A stretch of DNA of 64,000 bases from an uncultured Planctomycetota bacterium (GCA_963737655.1 CAVTTN010000002.1:5792001-5856000), one strand, 5' to 3'. Counted from the first letter of the stretch, positions 10,090-24,277 are shown. Notes: generated by a model from the letters alone, not told the origin. Numbers and translations are program-made.

Positions 10090-11208
10090 ATGAAGGCCCT
10101 GTGCAACCGCGAGGGATTGCTCGCCGGGTTCGGGATGGTCGCCGGGGTCGTCCCGGCCCGGAGCCCCAAGCCGATCTTGCAGAACGTCAAGCTCGTGGCC
10201 GATGCCGACGAGGGCTCGATCCTGATGGCCACCGACATGGAGGTCGGCATCCGCTACCGGGTCCTCGGCGTGAAGGTCGATCGCCCCGGCTCGGTGATCC
10301 TGCCCACGCAAAAAGTCCAGTCGATCTTGCGGACCAGCACCGACGAGGAGCTGGCCGTCGAGGCCGATGACGACAAGCTGATCGTCCGCGGCCTCCACGC
10401 CCAGTTCAAGCTGCCGAGCGAGGACCCCGCGCTGTTCCCCGAAGTCCCGGACTTCGCCGCGGCGAGCTACCACGTCGTGGCGGCGGCCGACCTGAAGCGG
10501 CTGATCCGCCGGACCATGTTCGCCACCGACGTCGAGAGCACCCGCTACGCCCTGGGCGGCGTCCTCGTCGAGCTCACGGGCGAGTCGATCACGATGGTCG
10601 GCACCGACGGCCGCCGCCTGGCCCGGATGAGCGCCCCGGCCGAGGCCGAGAACGGCGCCGCCCCGCCCTCGGGCAACCCCGTGGTGCCGGTCAAGGCCCT
10701 GAAGCTGATCGAGAGGAACCTCGACGACGACGACCCGCCGGTCCACCTGGCCATCCAGTCCGGCACGGCGGTCCTGGTCCGGACCGAGAGGGCCGTGATC
10801 TACAGCCGGCTGGTCGAGGGCCGGTTCCCCCGCTATCAGGACGTGTTCCCGGCCTCGGTGGAGGTCAAGGTGCCGTTGGAGGTCGGGTCGTTGCTCTCGG
10901 CCGTGGAGCAGGCCTCGATCGTCACGAGCGAGGAGAGCCGGGGGGTCGATTTCCGGTTCGGCGACGGGATGCTGAAGCTCACCAGCCAGGCCGCCGACGT
11001 CGGCTCCTCGGACGTGGACCTGCCGATCAAGTACGACGGCCCCCCGGTGGAGATCACCTTCGACCCGAGGTACCTGACCGACGCCCTGAAGACCCTCGAA
11101 CCGACCGCCGCGCTCACGGCCGAGCTGATCGACCACAAGAACGCCGCCGTGTTCCGGTCGGAGGACGGATACTCCTACGTGGTGATGCCCCTGACCCGGG
11201 AGCGGTGA
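10090..11208 (+). CDS. dnaN: DNA polymerase III beta clamp
   Basis: ATDMEV, STRYALGGV, GTDGRRLA, RLVEGRFPRY, YVVMP; 372 aa. Confidence 0.97.
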   Translation: MKALCNREGLLAGFGMVAGVVPARSPKPILQNVKLVADADEGSILMATDMEVGIRYRVLGVKVDRPGSVILPTQKVQSILRTSTDEELAVEADDDKLIVRGLHAQFKLPSEDPALFPEVPDFAAASYHVVAAADLKRLIRRTMFATDVESTRYALGGVLVELTGESITMVGTDGRRLARMSAPAEAENGAAPPSGNPVVPVKALKLIERNLDDDDPPVHLAIQSGTAVLVRTERAVIYSRLVEGRFPRYQDVFPASVEVKVPLEVGSLLSAVEQASIVTSEESRGVDFRFGDGMLKLTSQAADVGSSDVDLPIKYDGPPVEITFDPRYLTDALKTLEPTAALTAELIDHKNAAVFRSEDGYSYVVMPLTRER

Positions 11209-11277
11209 TCCGAGGAGACGTCCCGGCGGCCTCCCCGCAGTCGGCAGGCGCCGAGTCCTCCCTGATCCGAGGCCGAG

Positions 11278-11555
11278 ATGAACTTCCTCCATTACGAGAT
11301 GGACGCCGGACCCGACGATCCTATTGAAGTGTCGATCGACCATCCGGCGAACGTCCAGTTGATGGACCCGCCGAACTTCCGGAACTACAAGAACCGAAAG
11401 GAATTCCGATACTTCGGAGGGCACGCCGAAGCCTCGCCGGTCCGGCTCCCGCCCCCTCGCCAGGGGCACTGGCACCTGGCCATCGACCTGGGCGGGGGCC
11501 CGGGTCGATCCGGGCCACGGTGGCGGTGGTCCACGATCCCGAGCCGGGGGAGTGA
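11278..11555 (+). CDS. DUF1883-like small protein (frameshift near 11505)
   Basis: MNFLHY..ANVQLMD..NFRNY..YFGG..SPVRL..GHWHLAIDLGG; corrected end IRATVAVVHDPEPGE*. Confidence 0.7.
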
Positions 11556-11574
11556 CCGTGGTATCGCGGGTCGG

Positions 11575-11877
11575 ATGGCCCGATTCTTCGTCCGATGCGT
11601 CGCGTACGGCCTCCCGTTCGCCGTGCCCGTAGTTGCGGTCCTGGGCCGGGGTCGGAGTCCCTTGGCGGCCGACCTTCTCCTGGTTGGGTACGCGTCCCTG
11701 GGGCTGGTCCAGCTGTTTTGTCGGCCTACTGCGCTTGAGTACCGAGTCCTCATGATGTTGGCGGTCTTCTGGCTGGTGGTCACGGTCCGGCCGGTTCTCT
11801 TTCTGGACCGAGCATCCTCGACACGCGCCGGATGGGGCAGCCTGACTCCGCTTCGCGGGGAGCCATTTGGAACCTGA
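11575..11877 (+). CDS. small membrane hypothetical protein
   Basis: ATG 11575, about three hydrophobic segments; appears fused to the upstream gene only through the frameshift. Confidence 0.45.
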   Translation: MARFFVRCVAYGLPFAVPVVAVLGRGRSPLAADLLLVGYASLGLVQLFCRPTALEYRVLMMLAVFWLVVTVRPVLFLDRASSTRAGWGSLTPLRGEPFGT

Positions 11878-11926
11878 GCCTCCGTGGTGGGGTCCCCGGG
11901 CCTGGAATTCTGACGGAGTAGGGATC

Positions 11927-12187
11927 ATGAGCCTGCCAACCATCGAGCTGTCCCCCGATCTGGATGCCCGGCTCGAAGCCTTCGCCGCGAGCCGGGGCGC
12001 GAGGAAGGAAGACATCGTCCGCGCGGCCCTGGAGCGGTATCTGGGCGCCAACCCGACGCCGGACTCCGGCCCGGTCCCGCCCGGGGGTTCGGTGCTCGAC
12101 CTGGTCCGCGACCTCGTCGGCAAGCACGAGGGGCCGGGGGACCTCTCGTATAACCCGAAATATCTGGAAGGATTCGGTGAGGAGTGA
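11927..12187 (+). CDS. CopG/RHH antitoxin (VapB-like)
   Basis: IELSPDLDARLEAFAASRGARKEDIVRAALERYL; GPGDLSYNPKYLEGFG; GTGA overlap with PIN gene. Confidence 0.85.
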   Translation: MSLPTIELSPDLDARLEAFAASRGARKEDIVRAALERYLGANPTPDSGPVPPGGSVLDLVRDLVGKHEGPGDLSYNPKYLEGFGEE

Positions 12188-12594
12188 ACCTGCCGACGAT
12201 CCTGGACGCCGGCCCCCTCGTCGACCGGCGCGATCGCTACCACGCCTGGGCGACCGCCCGATTCGAGGAGTGCGGCCGGGCCCTCCTGTGCTGCGAGGCG
12301 GTCGTCGTGGAAGCGTGCTTCCTCCTTCGAAGGGTCCACGGCGGCGCCCGCTCCGCCCTGGAATTGGTGGAGCGAGGGGCCGTGTCGGTCCCATTCCACC
12401 TGGAAGACGAGGCCGCCGCCGTGGCCGCCCTGATGGACCGATCCTCCAACGTCCCGATGTCCCTGGCCGACGCCTGCCTCGTGAGGATGGCCAAGGTCAC
12501 CCCGGGTGGGCGCATCTTGACCCTCGATAGCGACTTCCGGATCTACCGGATGGATGGCCGAACTCCTCTGCCCGCGATCTTGCCCGATGCCTGA
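12184..12594 (+). CDS. PIN-domain toxin (VapC-like)
   Basis: ILDAGPLV, EAVVVE, MSLADACLV, TLDSDFRIYR. Confidence 0.88.
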   Translation: MNLPTILDAGPLVDRRDRYHAWATARFEECGRALLCCEAVVVEACFLLRRVHGGARSALELVERGAVSVPFHLEDEAAAVAALMDRSSNVPMSLADACLVRMAKVTPGGRILTLDSDFRIYRMDGRTPLPAILPDA

Positions 12595-12658
12595 TCCGGT
12601 TGTCTCGGACCCCCGTGGCGCGTAAAATGAATAGACGTTCACATTGCGAGCGAAGGAC

Positions 12659-13024
12659 ATGACGCCCGCCGACGGCAAGGGCCCCAGGCCCCTGGGGGAC
12701 ATCCTGGGCTCGATGTTCGCGACCCGGGGGCTGGGCCGGCTCCGGGCGGCCGGCGAGCTGGAGGAGGCGTGGGCCTCGGCCGCCGGAGACGCCGCGGCGG
12801 CCCAGACGAAGGTCGGGGCGGTCCGTCACGGCGTGTTGACCGTGACCGTGGCCCACCCGGCCCTCCTGGAGGAGCTCTCGGCGTTCCGCAAGGCCGACCT
12901 GCTCGCCAGCCTCCGCCGCGACGCCCCGGCCTCGGCGATCCAGGACATCCGTTTCCGCGTCGGGCCGATCGATCCCCCGCCATCCGCCGAGCCCCCCGCC
13001 CGACGACCCCGCCGCAAGGCGTGA
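12659..13024 (+). CDS. dciA: DciA / DUF721 helicase-loading protein
   Basis: PRPLGDIL..W..AAG..GVLTVTVAHPALLEEL..IQDIRFRVG; between dnaN and gyrB. Confidence 0.85.
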   Translation: MTPADGKGPRPLGDILGSMFATRGLGRLRAAGELEEAWASAAGDAAAAQTKVGAVRHGVLTVTVAHPALLEELSAFRKADLLASLRRDAPASAIQDIRFRVGPIDPPPSAEPPARRPRRKA

Positions 13025-13112
13025 GACGGCCCCGCCCGCGATCCTTCCCGAAGACCTGAGAACGAGACGAGCGATCCGATTCGATCCGATCCGAAGCGAA
13101 GGGACCCCCGAA

Positions 13113-15633
<2,521 letters not shown>

Positions 15634-15760
15634 GAATGAGTGAGGGCCGCACGCCCGGGCCCATTCCCCCGTGGGGCGGGCATCCCACGGGGTTCGGAGG
15701 CCGATCGCCCGAAGTCCCCTCCCACGCGTCATCCTCGCCATCCGACCGGGAGATCTTCCG

Positions 15761-16099
15761 ATGGAGACCTCGGCCCGAGACCGCCAGATCCTCCGCGACA
15801 TCCTGAACGACTTCGCGGCGATCCCTTATACCTACGGGGACTTCTGGAAAGAAGTGGTGTTCGACGACGAGAACGACCGCTACCTCCTGATGTCGCTGGG
15901 GAGGGACGTCGATGGGCGGTGGGTCCACCACTGCGTCTTCCACGTCGACCTGATCCGAGGCAAGTTCTGGATCCAGCACGACGCCACCGACCGCCCGATC
16001 GCCTCGGAGTTGGAGGCCGCGGGGGTGCCCAGGGACCGGATCGTCCTGGGCTTCCGCGAGCCGGAATACCGGGAGTTCACCGGCTACGCGGTGGCTTGA
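15761..16099 (+). CDS. XisI family protein (no intact xisH)
   Basis: VFDDENDRYLLM, HVDLIRGKFWIQHD, LEAAGVPRDRIVLGF, FTGYAVA. Confidence 0.9.
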   Translation: METSARDRQILRDILNDFAAIPYTYGDFWKEVVFDDENDRYLLMSLGRDVDGRWVHHCVFHVDLIRGKFWIQHDATDRPIASELEAAGVPRDRIVLGFREPEYREFTGYAVA

Positions 16100-16179
16100 A
16101 CCGAGGATCTTGCGAGGCCCCGGCGATGACCAGGCTCTCCCCCGTCGACGACCGCCCCCGGGCCGAGGAGTCGGCCCCG

Positions 16180-17374
16180 ATGCTCAAGCGGGTGCGCATC
16201 CGCAATTACAAGAGCATCGCCCATTGCGACGTCGAGCTCGGGCCGTTCACCCTGATCGTGGGCCGCAACGGGGCGGGCAAGAGCAATTTCCTGGATGCGC
16301 TGCGGCTGGTCTCGGAGGGGCTGAACGGATCGCCGACCTGGGCTTCGGAGGCGGATTATCCTTGGGGCGGGATCGCGGATCCCGGGTGCCTCCTGGAACC
16401 CGTAGAGGCCGAGCCTCTGGTCGGCCCTTCCTGGCGGGGATGAGGCGATATACAGAGTGAAGTTAGGAATCCGACCGATCGCGGGAGTGACGGTGCTTGA
16501 GGAGAGCCTGGAGGTCCGCGACCGAGACGGAGGCCGGGCCCATTACGCGTGCGCCGGGGGGCACGTGGTCGAGTCCTCGCAGCCCTTCTTGCCGCCCGCG
16601 GTCCCCGATCGTCTCTACCTGGCTCGGGCCTCGGCCGTCCAAGAATTCCGCCCGGCCTACGATGCGTTTTCGTCGATGGGGTTCTATGATCTCGATCCCG
16701 AGGTCATGCGCAAGTCGCGGGGCGAAGCGGGCGGATTGATGCTGGCGAGTGACGGGGCGAATGTCGCATCAATCCTGGATTATTTGGACCGCGTGTCGCC
16801 TCACGGCCGCGAGGGCCTCCGGCCCTGGTTCTCGACGATCATCCCGGAATTTCGAGACGTTCGATTCCAGCAGTACGGGCCGTACACGACTCTGGTCTTC
16901 GATCGCTCCGAATCCTCCGAAGGTCGGGCGAACGCCTTCTATGCTCACGGAGTGTCCGACGGCACGCTCCGGGCGCTCGGGATTTTGGTGGCCGTTAACC
17001 AGTTGGCAGGAGACGGCTCACCGATTAGACTAGTCGGCATCGAGGAGCCCGAGACCGCCCTGCACCCGGCGGCGGCCGGGGCCTTGATGGACGCCCTCCG
17101 CGAGGCGTCGTCCCGCACGCAGGTTCTGGTCACGACGCATAGCGCGGACCTGCTCGACCGCTACGATCCCGAGACCGACGGCCTCCTGCTCGCCACCATG
17201 AGCGGCGGGGTGACCCGCCTGAGCGGGATCAGCCCCGCGAGTCGGCGGATCATCCAGAGGCACCTCGACACGGCGGGCGGACTGCTCCGCATGGATCATC
17301 TTGAGCCGGACCCCGCCGACCTCGATCGGCAGGAGCGAGAGCCACCGGGCCCCGGCCCGACGGGAGAAGCGTGA
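16180..17374 (+). CDS. AAA_21/ABC-type ATPase (frameshift in 16330-16440)
   Basis: IRNYKSI, GRNGAGKSN Walker A, SDGTLR, IEEPETALHP, TTHS. Confidence 0.85.
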
Positions 17375-17377
17375 GCG

Positions 17378-18065
17378 ATGGCGCGCCTGCGGATCGCGCC
17401 CATCGTCGAAGGCGACGGCGAAGTCGAGTGCATCCGCATCCTCCCGGAGCGCCTGTGGTATGAAGAGTTGAACGGCGAATATATTTATGTTCGAAGGCCG
17501 ATCCTGAAGAACAAGGGGACGCTCATCGACGAAGGTGGCCTGAAGAGGGCCGTGGGCATCGCTCTGGAGGAATTGCAGGGCGATTCGGTGCGCGCCGTCC
17601 GAGGACCCCAGCTCAATCCTGATCCTGATCGACGCCGACGACGGTTGCCCGGCGGGACTCGGGCCCCGGCTCCTCGGCTGGGCCCGGGAGGTGGACGACC
17701 GGGCGGACGTCTCGTGCGTCGTGGCGAACGTCGAATATGAGACCTGGTTCGTCGCGGCGTGGGAATCGCTGGCCCGGGCGGGGCTGATCCGGCCGGGCGA
17801 GGGCGAGGCGCCTCCCTTTCAACCGGAGGGACAGCGGCTGCGGAAGAAGTGGATCGAAGATCGGTTCGTATCCCGAGGAGAGCGAGAAGGCGCCCGGGGC
17901 GGACCTGGGACCCGGGGGCGGTACAGCCCGACCCGCGACCAGGCGGCCATGACGCGGGCGATGGACTTGAGAGCGTGCCGGCGGCATTCGCCGTCGTTCG
18001 ACAAGCTCTGCCGGGAGCTGGCCAGGAGGCTCGGCGGGGGCGCGGAGGAGAGGGTGATCACGTGA
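17378..18065 (+). CDS. DUF4276 family (TOPRIM-like) protein (frameshift near 17600)
   Basis: IVEGDGEVE, LIDADDGCP, VEYETWFVAA, YSPTRDQ, SPSFDKLCREL. Confidence 0.8.
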
Positions 18066-18147
18066 TTTCGTTTCGTAATTCGACCAAGGCACCGAGCCGG
18101 GCAGTCGGCCCCGCCGGGCGGGCCCGCTGGAGTGGGAAGACGCGCTG

Positions 18148-21100
18148 ATGGGGATTGCCCAGAAGGTCTCTCGGGAGTTCGCCGACGGGGTCCGGGCCCG
18201 CGGCCAGTCGTATTTCGCCAAGGGTCGGGTGGCCGTGACGTCGGCCAAGGCCGGCGAGATCGTGGTCGCGAAGGTCCGGGGCACGGAGGCCTACAAGGTC
18301 AAGCTCCGGGTCCGGGGGACGCGGCTGCATGCCTCGTGCACCTGCCCGTACTTCGGGCCCGAGGGGGAGCCGTGCAAGCACCTCTGGGCCACGATCCTGG
18401 CGGCCGACGCCAAGGGCCTGCTCCAGGCGGTGCCGGTCCGGCCTTTGAAGCTCGTGCCCGATGTCCGGTTTCACATCCAGCAACAACCGCCGGGCCACTC
18501 GCCCCAGGGGCCTCCGCCCGAGAACGGGCCCCCGCCGGGCCCGGGGCCTTCGCCCTATCTCGGCCCTCCGCCCTACGGGCCGCCCTCGCCGCCCCAGGCC
18601 CACGGCCGGGGCACCCGGCCTCCTCATCCGCCCAAGGGCGGGGCGTATCGCGGCCCGGGCCCGGGAGGGGGCAACGGCCAGCCTCCGTACCGGGGCGGCC
18701 CGGGCGCACCCATCTCAAGAACGGCCAGCCCGACCCCTCGGCCCGCCATCGCCACCGGGGCCACGGCAAGCACCCCGGGCCCTCGGCCGGGCCCGGGCCG
18801 CAAGCCCAGGGGCCTCATCGCGGCCAGAAGGCCCGCGACGTCAACGCCAAGAAGGCCGAGGGCAAGAAGGCGTCGCTGTTCTACGTCCTGGACGCCCCGG
18901 CCACCCTGAACCAGAACGCCGTGGTCATCACCCTGGGCCGTCGCCAGCGCAAGCCGGGCTCGGAGCGCGCCGTCCTCCGCCCGTGGTGGCCGACGAACAC
19001 CCCGGGCGCCTGGAGGCCCGAGCCCGAGGACCGCGTGTTGATGGCCTTCCTGGAGGAGGCGCAGCCCGCCCCCACGGCCTCGACCCCGGCCCTGGGCTCG
19101 ATCGTCAACGGCGCCGTGGGCAACCCCGCCGCCGCGCCGACCCCCCGGCGGTTCGTCCTCCGCCCGGAGGTCCAGGCGCAGATGGTCGAGCGGCTCTGCC
19201 GGACCGGCCGGTGCCGCCTGAGGAGGACCGAGGACGAGGACGATCCGCCCACGCTCCGCTGGGATGACGGCCGCCCCTGGCGGTTCGTGATCGACGCCCG
19301 GGTGGCCGACCCCGCCGCGAAGCGCTGGAGCTGGCGGGGGCCCTGCGCCGCGAGGACGACCGGATGGACCTGGCCGAGCCCCTGGTCCTCCTGCCCGGCC
19401 TGGTCGTCCAGGGCGTGGGCCGCGCCGCCCGGTTCGACGACGCGGGCGTCTTCGCCTGGATGCTCCGGCTCCGCCACGAGAAGGAAATGGCGCTGTCCGA
19501 GGCCCAGCAAGACACCATGCTCGGCCGGATCCTGGGCGAATCCCGCGTCCCGCCCGGCGAGCTCGTCGAGGGGCTGAAGCTCGAGGAGGTCGATCTCCCG
19601 CCCACCCCCTGCCTGACGATCCGCACCCCCCGGCAGAACTGGGGGTCGGACAACCTGATCGCCGAGCTGGAATTCGACTACGACGGCGCGAAGGTGGGCT
19701 CGTTCCCGCCCGGCAAGATGGCCGTCCAGACCGACCGCCGCCGGGCCATCCGCCGCGACGTGAGGGCCGAGAACCGCGCCAAGGAACGCCTGGACGAGCT
19801 GGGCTTCCGCGAGGCCAAGGATTTCCGGGTCGAGCCCGGGACGATGGAGGTCGCGCCCAAGAAGGTCCCGGGCGCCACCCGAGACCTCGTCCTGGAGGGC
19901 TGGCGGGTCGAGGCCGAGGGCATCCTCTATCGCCCGGCCAGCGACTTCAAGCTCGCCGTGAGCACCGGGATCGACTGGTTCGAGCTCTCCGGCCGGGTCG
20001 ATTTCGGGGGCCAGGAATTGCCCCTGCCGGAGATCCTCGCCGCGGCCCGCCGGGGGGAGACGATGATCGCCCTGGGCGACGGCTCGATGGGGATGCTCCC
20101 CGAGGACTGGCTCAAGAAATACGGCCTCTTGGCCGACCTCGGCTCGGCCGACGAGGAGGGGAAGCTGCGGTTCGGCAAGGCCCAGGCGGGCCTGCTCGAC
20201 GCCCTGCTCGCCGCCCAGCCCGGGAGCAAGTGCGACACCGCCTTCACCAAGGTCCGCAAGAACCTCCACGCCTTCGAGGGGGTCGAGCCCCTGGACGCCC
20301 CGCCCGGGTTCCAGGGCGAGCTGCGCCCCTATCAGGAGGAAGGGCTCGGCTGGCTCGACTACCTCCGCGCCTTCGACTTCGGCGGCATCCTCGCCGACGA
20401 CATGGGCCTGGGCAAGACGATCCAGGTCCTCGCCCTGTTGCAACGGCGGAGGGCCCGGAGGCAGGCCCGAGGGCCGTCGCTGATCGTGGTCCCGCGCTCC
20501 CTCGTGTTCAACTGGCTCCAGGAGGCCGCCCGGTTCACGCCGAAGCTCCGCGTCCTGGACTACACCGGCCCGAACCGGCACGCCCTCCGCGAGGAATTCC
20601 GCCATCACGACCTGATCGTGACCACGTATGGGACGCTGCGATCCGACGTGGTCGAACTCTCCGACATCACCTTCGACTACGCGATCCTGGACGAGGCCCA
20701 GGCGATCAAGAACTCCGAGAGCCAGGCCGCCAAGGCCGCCCGGCTGCTCAAGGCCCGGCACCGCCTGGCCATGAGCGGCACGCCGATCGAGAACCACCTG
20801 GGCGAGCTCTGGTCGATCTTCGAGTTCCTCAACCCCGGGATGCTCGGCACGGCGTCGGTCTTCAAGAGGAACGCCGGGGGGGCCTCCGGCCAGGACGAGC
20901 AGGCGAGGATGCTCCTGGCCAAGGCCCTCCGCCCGTTCATCCTGAGGAGGACCAAGGGGCAAGTCGTCAAGGACCTGCCCGAGAAGGTCGAATTGACCCT
21001 GTATTGCGACCTCGAACCGGCCCAGAGAGGGCTGTACGAGGACCTCCGGGCCCACTATCGCAACGCCCTGTTGAGGACCGACGCCGACGCCCTGAAGGGC

Positions 21101-21700
21101 TCGAAGATCGAGGTCCTGGAGGCGCTCCTCCGGCTCCGCCAGGCCGCCTGCCACCCGGCCCTGATCGACCCGTCCCGCGCCGACGACGCCTCGGCCAAGC
21201 TCGACATGCTCCTGCCGCAACTGGCCGAGGTCGTCGAGGAGGGGCACAAGGTCCTGGTCTTCTCCCAGTTCACCAGCTTCCTCGCGCTGGTCAAGAAACG
21301 GCTCGACGCCGAGGGGCTCGACTACGAATACCTCGACGGCCGGACCCGGGACCGCGAGGCCCGCGTCAATCGGTTCCAGAACGACCCCAAGGTCCCGATC
21401 TTCCTGATCAGCCTGAAGGCCGGTGGGCTCGGCCTGAACCTCACGGCGGCCGAGTACGTGTACCTGCTCGACCCCTGGTGGAACCCGGCGGTGGAGGCCC
21501 AGGCGATCGACCGCTCCCACCGGATCGGCCAGACCAACAACGTCTTCGCCTACCGCCTGATCGCCAAGGACACCGTCGAGCAGAAGATCCTCGACCTCCA
21601 GCAGAAGAAGCGCGACCTGGCCGACGCCATCCTCAACGCCGAAGGCCGGGGGGTGATCCAGGGCCTCACGCGAGACGACCTGGAATTCCTCCTGAGCTGA
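18148..21700 (+). CDS. SWIM zinc finger + SNF2-family helicase (frameshifts near 18700 and 19340)
   Basis: SCTCP..CKHLWA; LRPYQ, LADDMGLGKT, DEAQAIKN, SGTPIENH, SLKAGGLGLNL, QAIDRSHRIGQ. Confidence 0.93.
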
Positions 21701-21916
21701 GCGCCGGCGCGGGCCGGCGATCTCCGAAAAGCGCGTCGATTTGGTGATTGCATCCGGCCGGCGACGCCCCGATAATGAGGGGCGTCGCGGGAGTGTCCGC
21801 GAGACGATCGAATCGACCCGGAATCGCTTCGCCTGCGAGAGGGGACGTGCCCATCCCGATGGACCGGGTGCCCGACGGCGCGGCCGCGACGACGCGGGGC
21901 GGGGCTGGAGGGGGCG

Positions 21917-24217
21917 ATGGACGAACGCTCCGCCTCGCTCGGTCTGGACATCGGCACGCTCGGCCCGGGGCTGGATACGGCCATCGAGACGACCGTCACG
22001 GCCGAGGCCCCCACGCCCGGCCGCCTCGATGACGAGCCCGACACCGGCCGGGACGATCCCCGGCGCCCCGGCTTGGTCCGGCTCGACCTGTCGTTCCTCC
22101 GCCCGTCGAGTCGTCGGGGGAGCCTGGGCAAGATCGGCGACCATGACGTCTTCGACGTCCTGGGCCGGGGCGGGATGGGGATCGTCCTGAAGGCCCGGGA
22201 CAAGGCGTTGAGCCGGGTCGTGGCGGTGAAGGTGCAGGACCCGGCCCTGGCCGTCAACCGCCGGAGCCGCTGGCGGTTCTTGCGCAAGGCGCGAGCCGCC
22301 GCGGCGATCAACCATCCCAACGTCGTGACGATCCACGCCGTGAACATCGTCGCCGGCCTGCCGTACCTCGTGATGGAGTACGTCGGCGGCGGGTCGCTCC
22401 GCCAGAGGATCAAGGTCGGGCCGCCTTTGGAGCCGGTGGAGGTCCTGAGGATCGGCCACCAGATCGCCCTGGGCTTGGCCGCCGCCCATGCCCAGGGGGT
22501 GATCCACCGCGACATCAAGCCGGCCAATATCTTGCTGGAAGCCGGGCTGGACCGGGTGAAGATCACCGACTTCGGCCTGGCCGTCGCCGGCCTGGCGGTC
22601 CCCGAGGGGGAGCGCGTCGCCGGGACCCCGCCGTACATGAGCCCGGAGCAGGTCCGCGGCGAGAAGCTGGACCTCCGCAGCGACCTGTTCAGCCTCGGCT
22701 GCGTCCTCTATGCGATGATCGCCGGCCATTCGCCGTTCCAGGATGCCCGCCCGGCCGAGTCGATCCGCCTGGTCTGCGAGCTGGCTCCGCCCGCCCCGGC
22801 CTCCGCCTGCCCGTGCTGCCCGAAGGGCCTGTCCGACCTGATCCTCCGGCTCCTGAGCAAGGCCCCCGACGACCGCCCCGGCTCGGCCGCCGAGGTGGCC
22901 GAGAGCCTCCGGGCCCTCCTGGTGGAGGCCAACCGCTCCGAGTCCGGCGAGGTCCCGGCCGAGCCCCCTCCGCCCGTCCCCGCCCCGGCCGAGCCCCCTC
23001 CGCCCGTCCCCGCCCCGGCCGAGCCCCCTCCGCCCGCCCCCGCCCCGGCCGAGGCCGCCGAGCCTCGCCCCGAGGCGCCGACCCGGCCTCCTCGCCCGGT
23101 CCTCCTGACCGGGCTGGCCGGCGTGGTCCTGGCCTCGGCGTTCGCCGCCGGGGTCGCCGCCTCCCGCCGCACCGGCCCCGAATCCGACCCGGTCGGGCCG
23201 GCCTCGACGGCGCCCCGGGCCTGGATCGTCGATCCCTCCGGGGTGAAGGGCCCGAAGGACCTGGCGGCGGCCCTGAGGCGGGCCGGACCGGGCGACATCC
23301 TCCGTCTCGGCCCGGGCGTCCACGACGGATCGGCCCGGATCGACGACCCGTCCCGGCTCGCGGGCCTGACGATCGAGTCCGACGGCCGGGCCGTCCTCTC
23401 GGCGAGCGATTCCCCGGCGGTCGTGGCGATCTCGGGCGTCCCGGGCGTGACGATCCGAGGGCTGACCATCGAGACCCGGGCGGACCAGTTCGCCCTCCAG
23501 GTCACCGGGGACGTCGACGGGCTGACGATCGACCGCGTGACGTTCGTCTCCCCCGAACGCTCGCAGTGGACCCAGGTTTACTTGAGCGACGGGGCCCGGG
23601 GCTCGGAAGCCCGGCCGATCGTGGTGAAGAACTCGGAGTTCCACGTCGGCAGCAAGGGGGGCGTGACCATCGAAGGGGCCCCGGACGGCCTGCCGGTCCG
23701 CGGCGTCCTCCTGTGGAACAACCGCTTCTTCGGCCCCAAGGAGCAGGTCCACGTCCTCCAGCACGTCCGGGACATCGAGATCCGGGGGAACCTGTTCATC
23801 GGCGGCCAGCCCCTGACGCTCAACCTGCCCGGCTCGAAAAAGGCGCGCCACGTCCGGATCGCCAACAACACCTTCTTCCAGGCCGTCCGGTGGCTCCACC
23901 CGGCCGATTCGGACCCCGAGCAGGAAGGGATCGCGATCGTCAACAACGCGATCATCGCCTCCGACGGCCTGGACCTCGGAGACGGCAAGCTGACCCGGAT
24001 GGCCCGGGGAGGGTGGGACTTCCACCACAACCTCTGGGAGCCGGCCAGCGCCGGGAGGGGCGGGTCCGAAGGCCCGATCGCCCGGCGGAGGGCCGCGCTC
24101 CCCGTCCTCTCCCGGGACCCCCAGAGCCCCCGATTCCTCCGCCCGGTCCCGGGCTCGACCCTCTCGCGAGAGGGGGCCGGCGGCGACTGGCCGGGCCACG
24201 TCGGCGCCTTCCCGTAG
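21917..24217 (+). CDS. Ser/Thr protein kinase with Pro-rich linker, TM and C-terminal beta-helix-like domain (start uncertain)
   Basis: GRGGMG, VAVK, HRDIKPANIL, DFGLA, GTPPYMSPEQ; IRGNLF/IANNTF/IVNNAI repeats. Confidence 0.9.
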   Translation: MDERSASLGLDIGTLGPGLDTAIETTVTAEAPTPGRLDDEPDTGRDDPRRPGLVRLDLSFLRPSSRRGSLGKIGDHDVFDVLGRGGMGIVLKARDKALSRVVAVKVQDPALAVNRRSRWRFLRKARAAAAINHPNVVTIHAVNIVAGLPYLVMEYVGGGSLRQRIKVGPPLEPVEVLRIGHQIALGLAAAHAQGVIHRDIKPANILLEAGLDRVKITDFGLAVAGLAVPEGERVAGTPPYMSPEQVRGEKLDLRSDLFSLGCVLYAMIAGHSPFQDARPAESIRLVCELAPPAPASACPCCPKGLSDLILRLLSKAPDDRPGSAAEVAESLRALLVEANRSESGEVPAEPPPPVPAPAEPPPPVPAPAEPPPPAPAPAEAAEPRPEAPTRPPRPVLLTGLAGVVLASAFAAGVAASRRTGPESDPVGPASTAPRAWIVDPSGVKGPKDLAAALRRAGPGDILRLGPGVHDGSARIDDPSRLAGLTIESDGRAVLSASDSPAVVAISGVPGVTIRGLTIETRADQFALQVTGDVDGLTIDRVTFVSPERSQWTQVYLSDGARGSEARPIVVKNSEFHVGSKGGVTIEGAPDGLPVRGVLLWNNRFFGPKEQVHVLQHVRDIEIRGNLFIGGQPLTLNLPGSKKARHVRIANNTFFQAVRWLHPADSDPEQEGIAIVNNAIIASDGLDLGDGKLTRMARGGWDFHHNLWEPASAGRGGSEGPIARRRAALPVLSRDPQSPRFLRPVPGSTLSREGAGGDWPGHVGAFP
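22954..23054 (+). repeat. 30-bp tandem repeat x3 (PAEPPPPVPA)
   Basis: CCCGGCCGAGCCCCCTCCGCCCG(T/C)CCCCGC repeated. Confidence 0.9.
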
Positions 24218-24234
24218 GGTGCATGCAAGGCACC
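24214..24234. repeat. REP-like unit, family A
   Basis: GTAGGGTGCATGCAAGGCACC overlapping the kinase stop. Confidence 0.75.
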
Positions 24235-24277
24235 ATCTTCGGCATTCCACCCCATTCCCGCCCCCAGGAGAGGCCCG

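Noticed and set aside
11278..11877. DUF1883-membrane protein fusion
   Set aside because: Explained by a 1-bp deletion near 11505; the corrected gene stops at 11555
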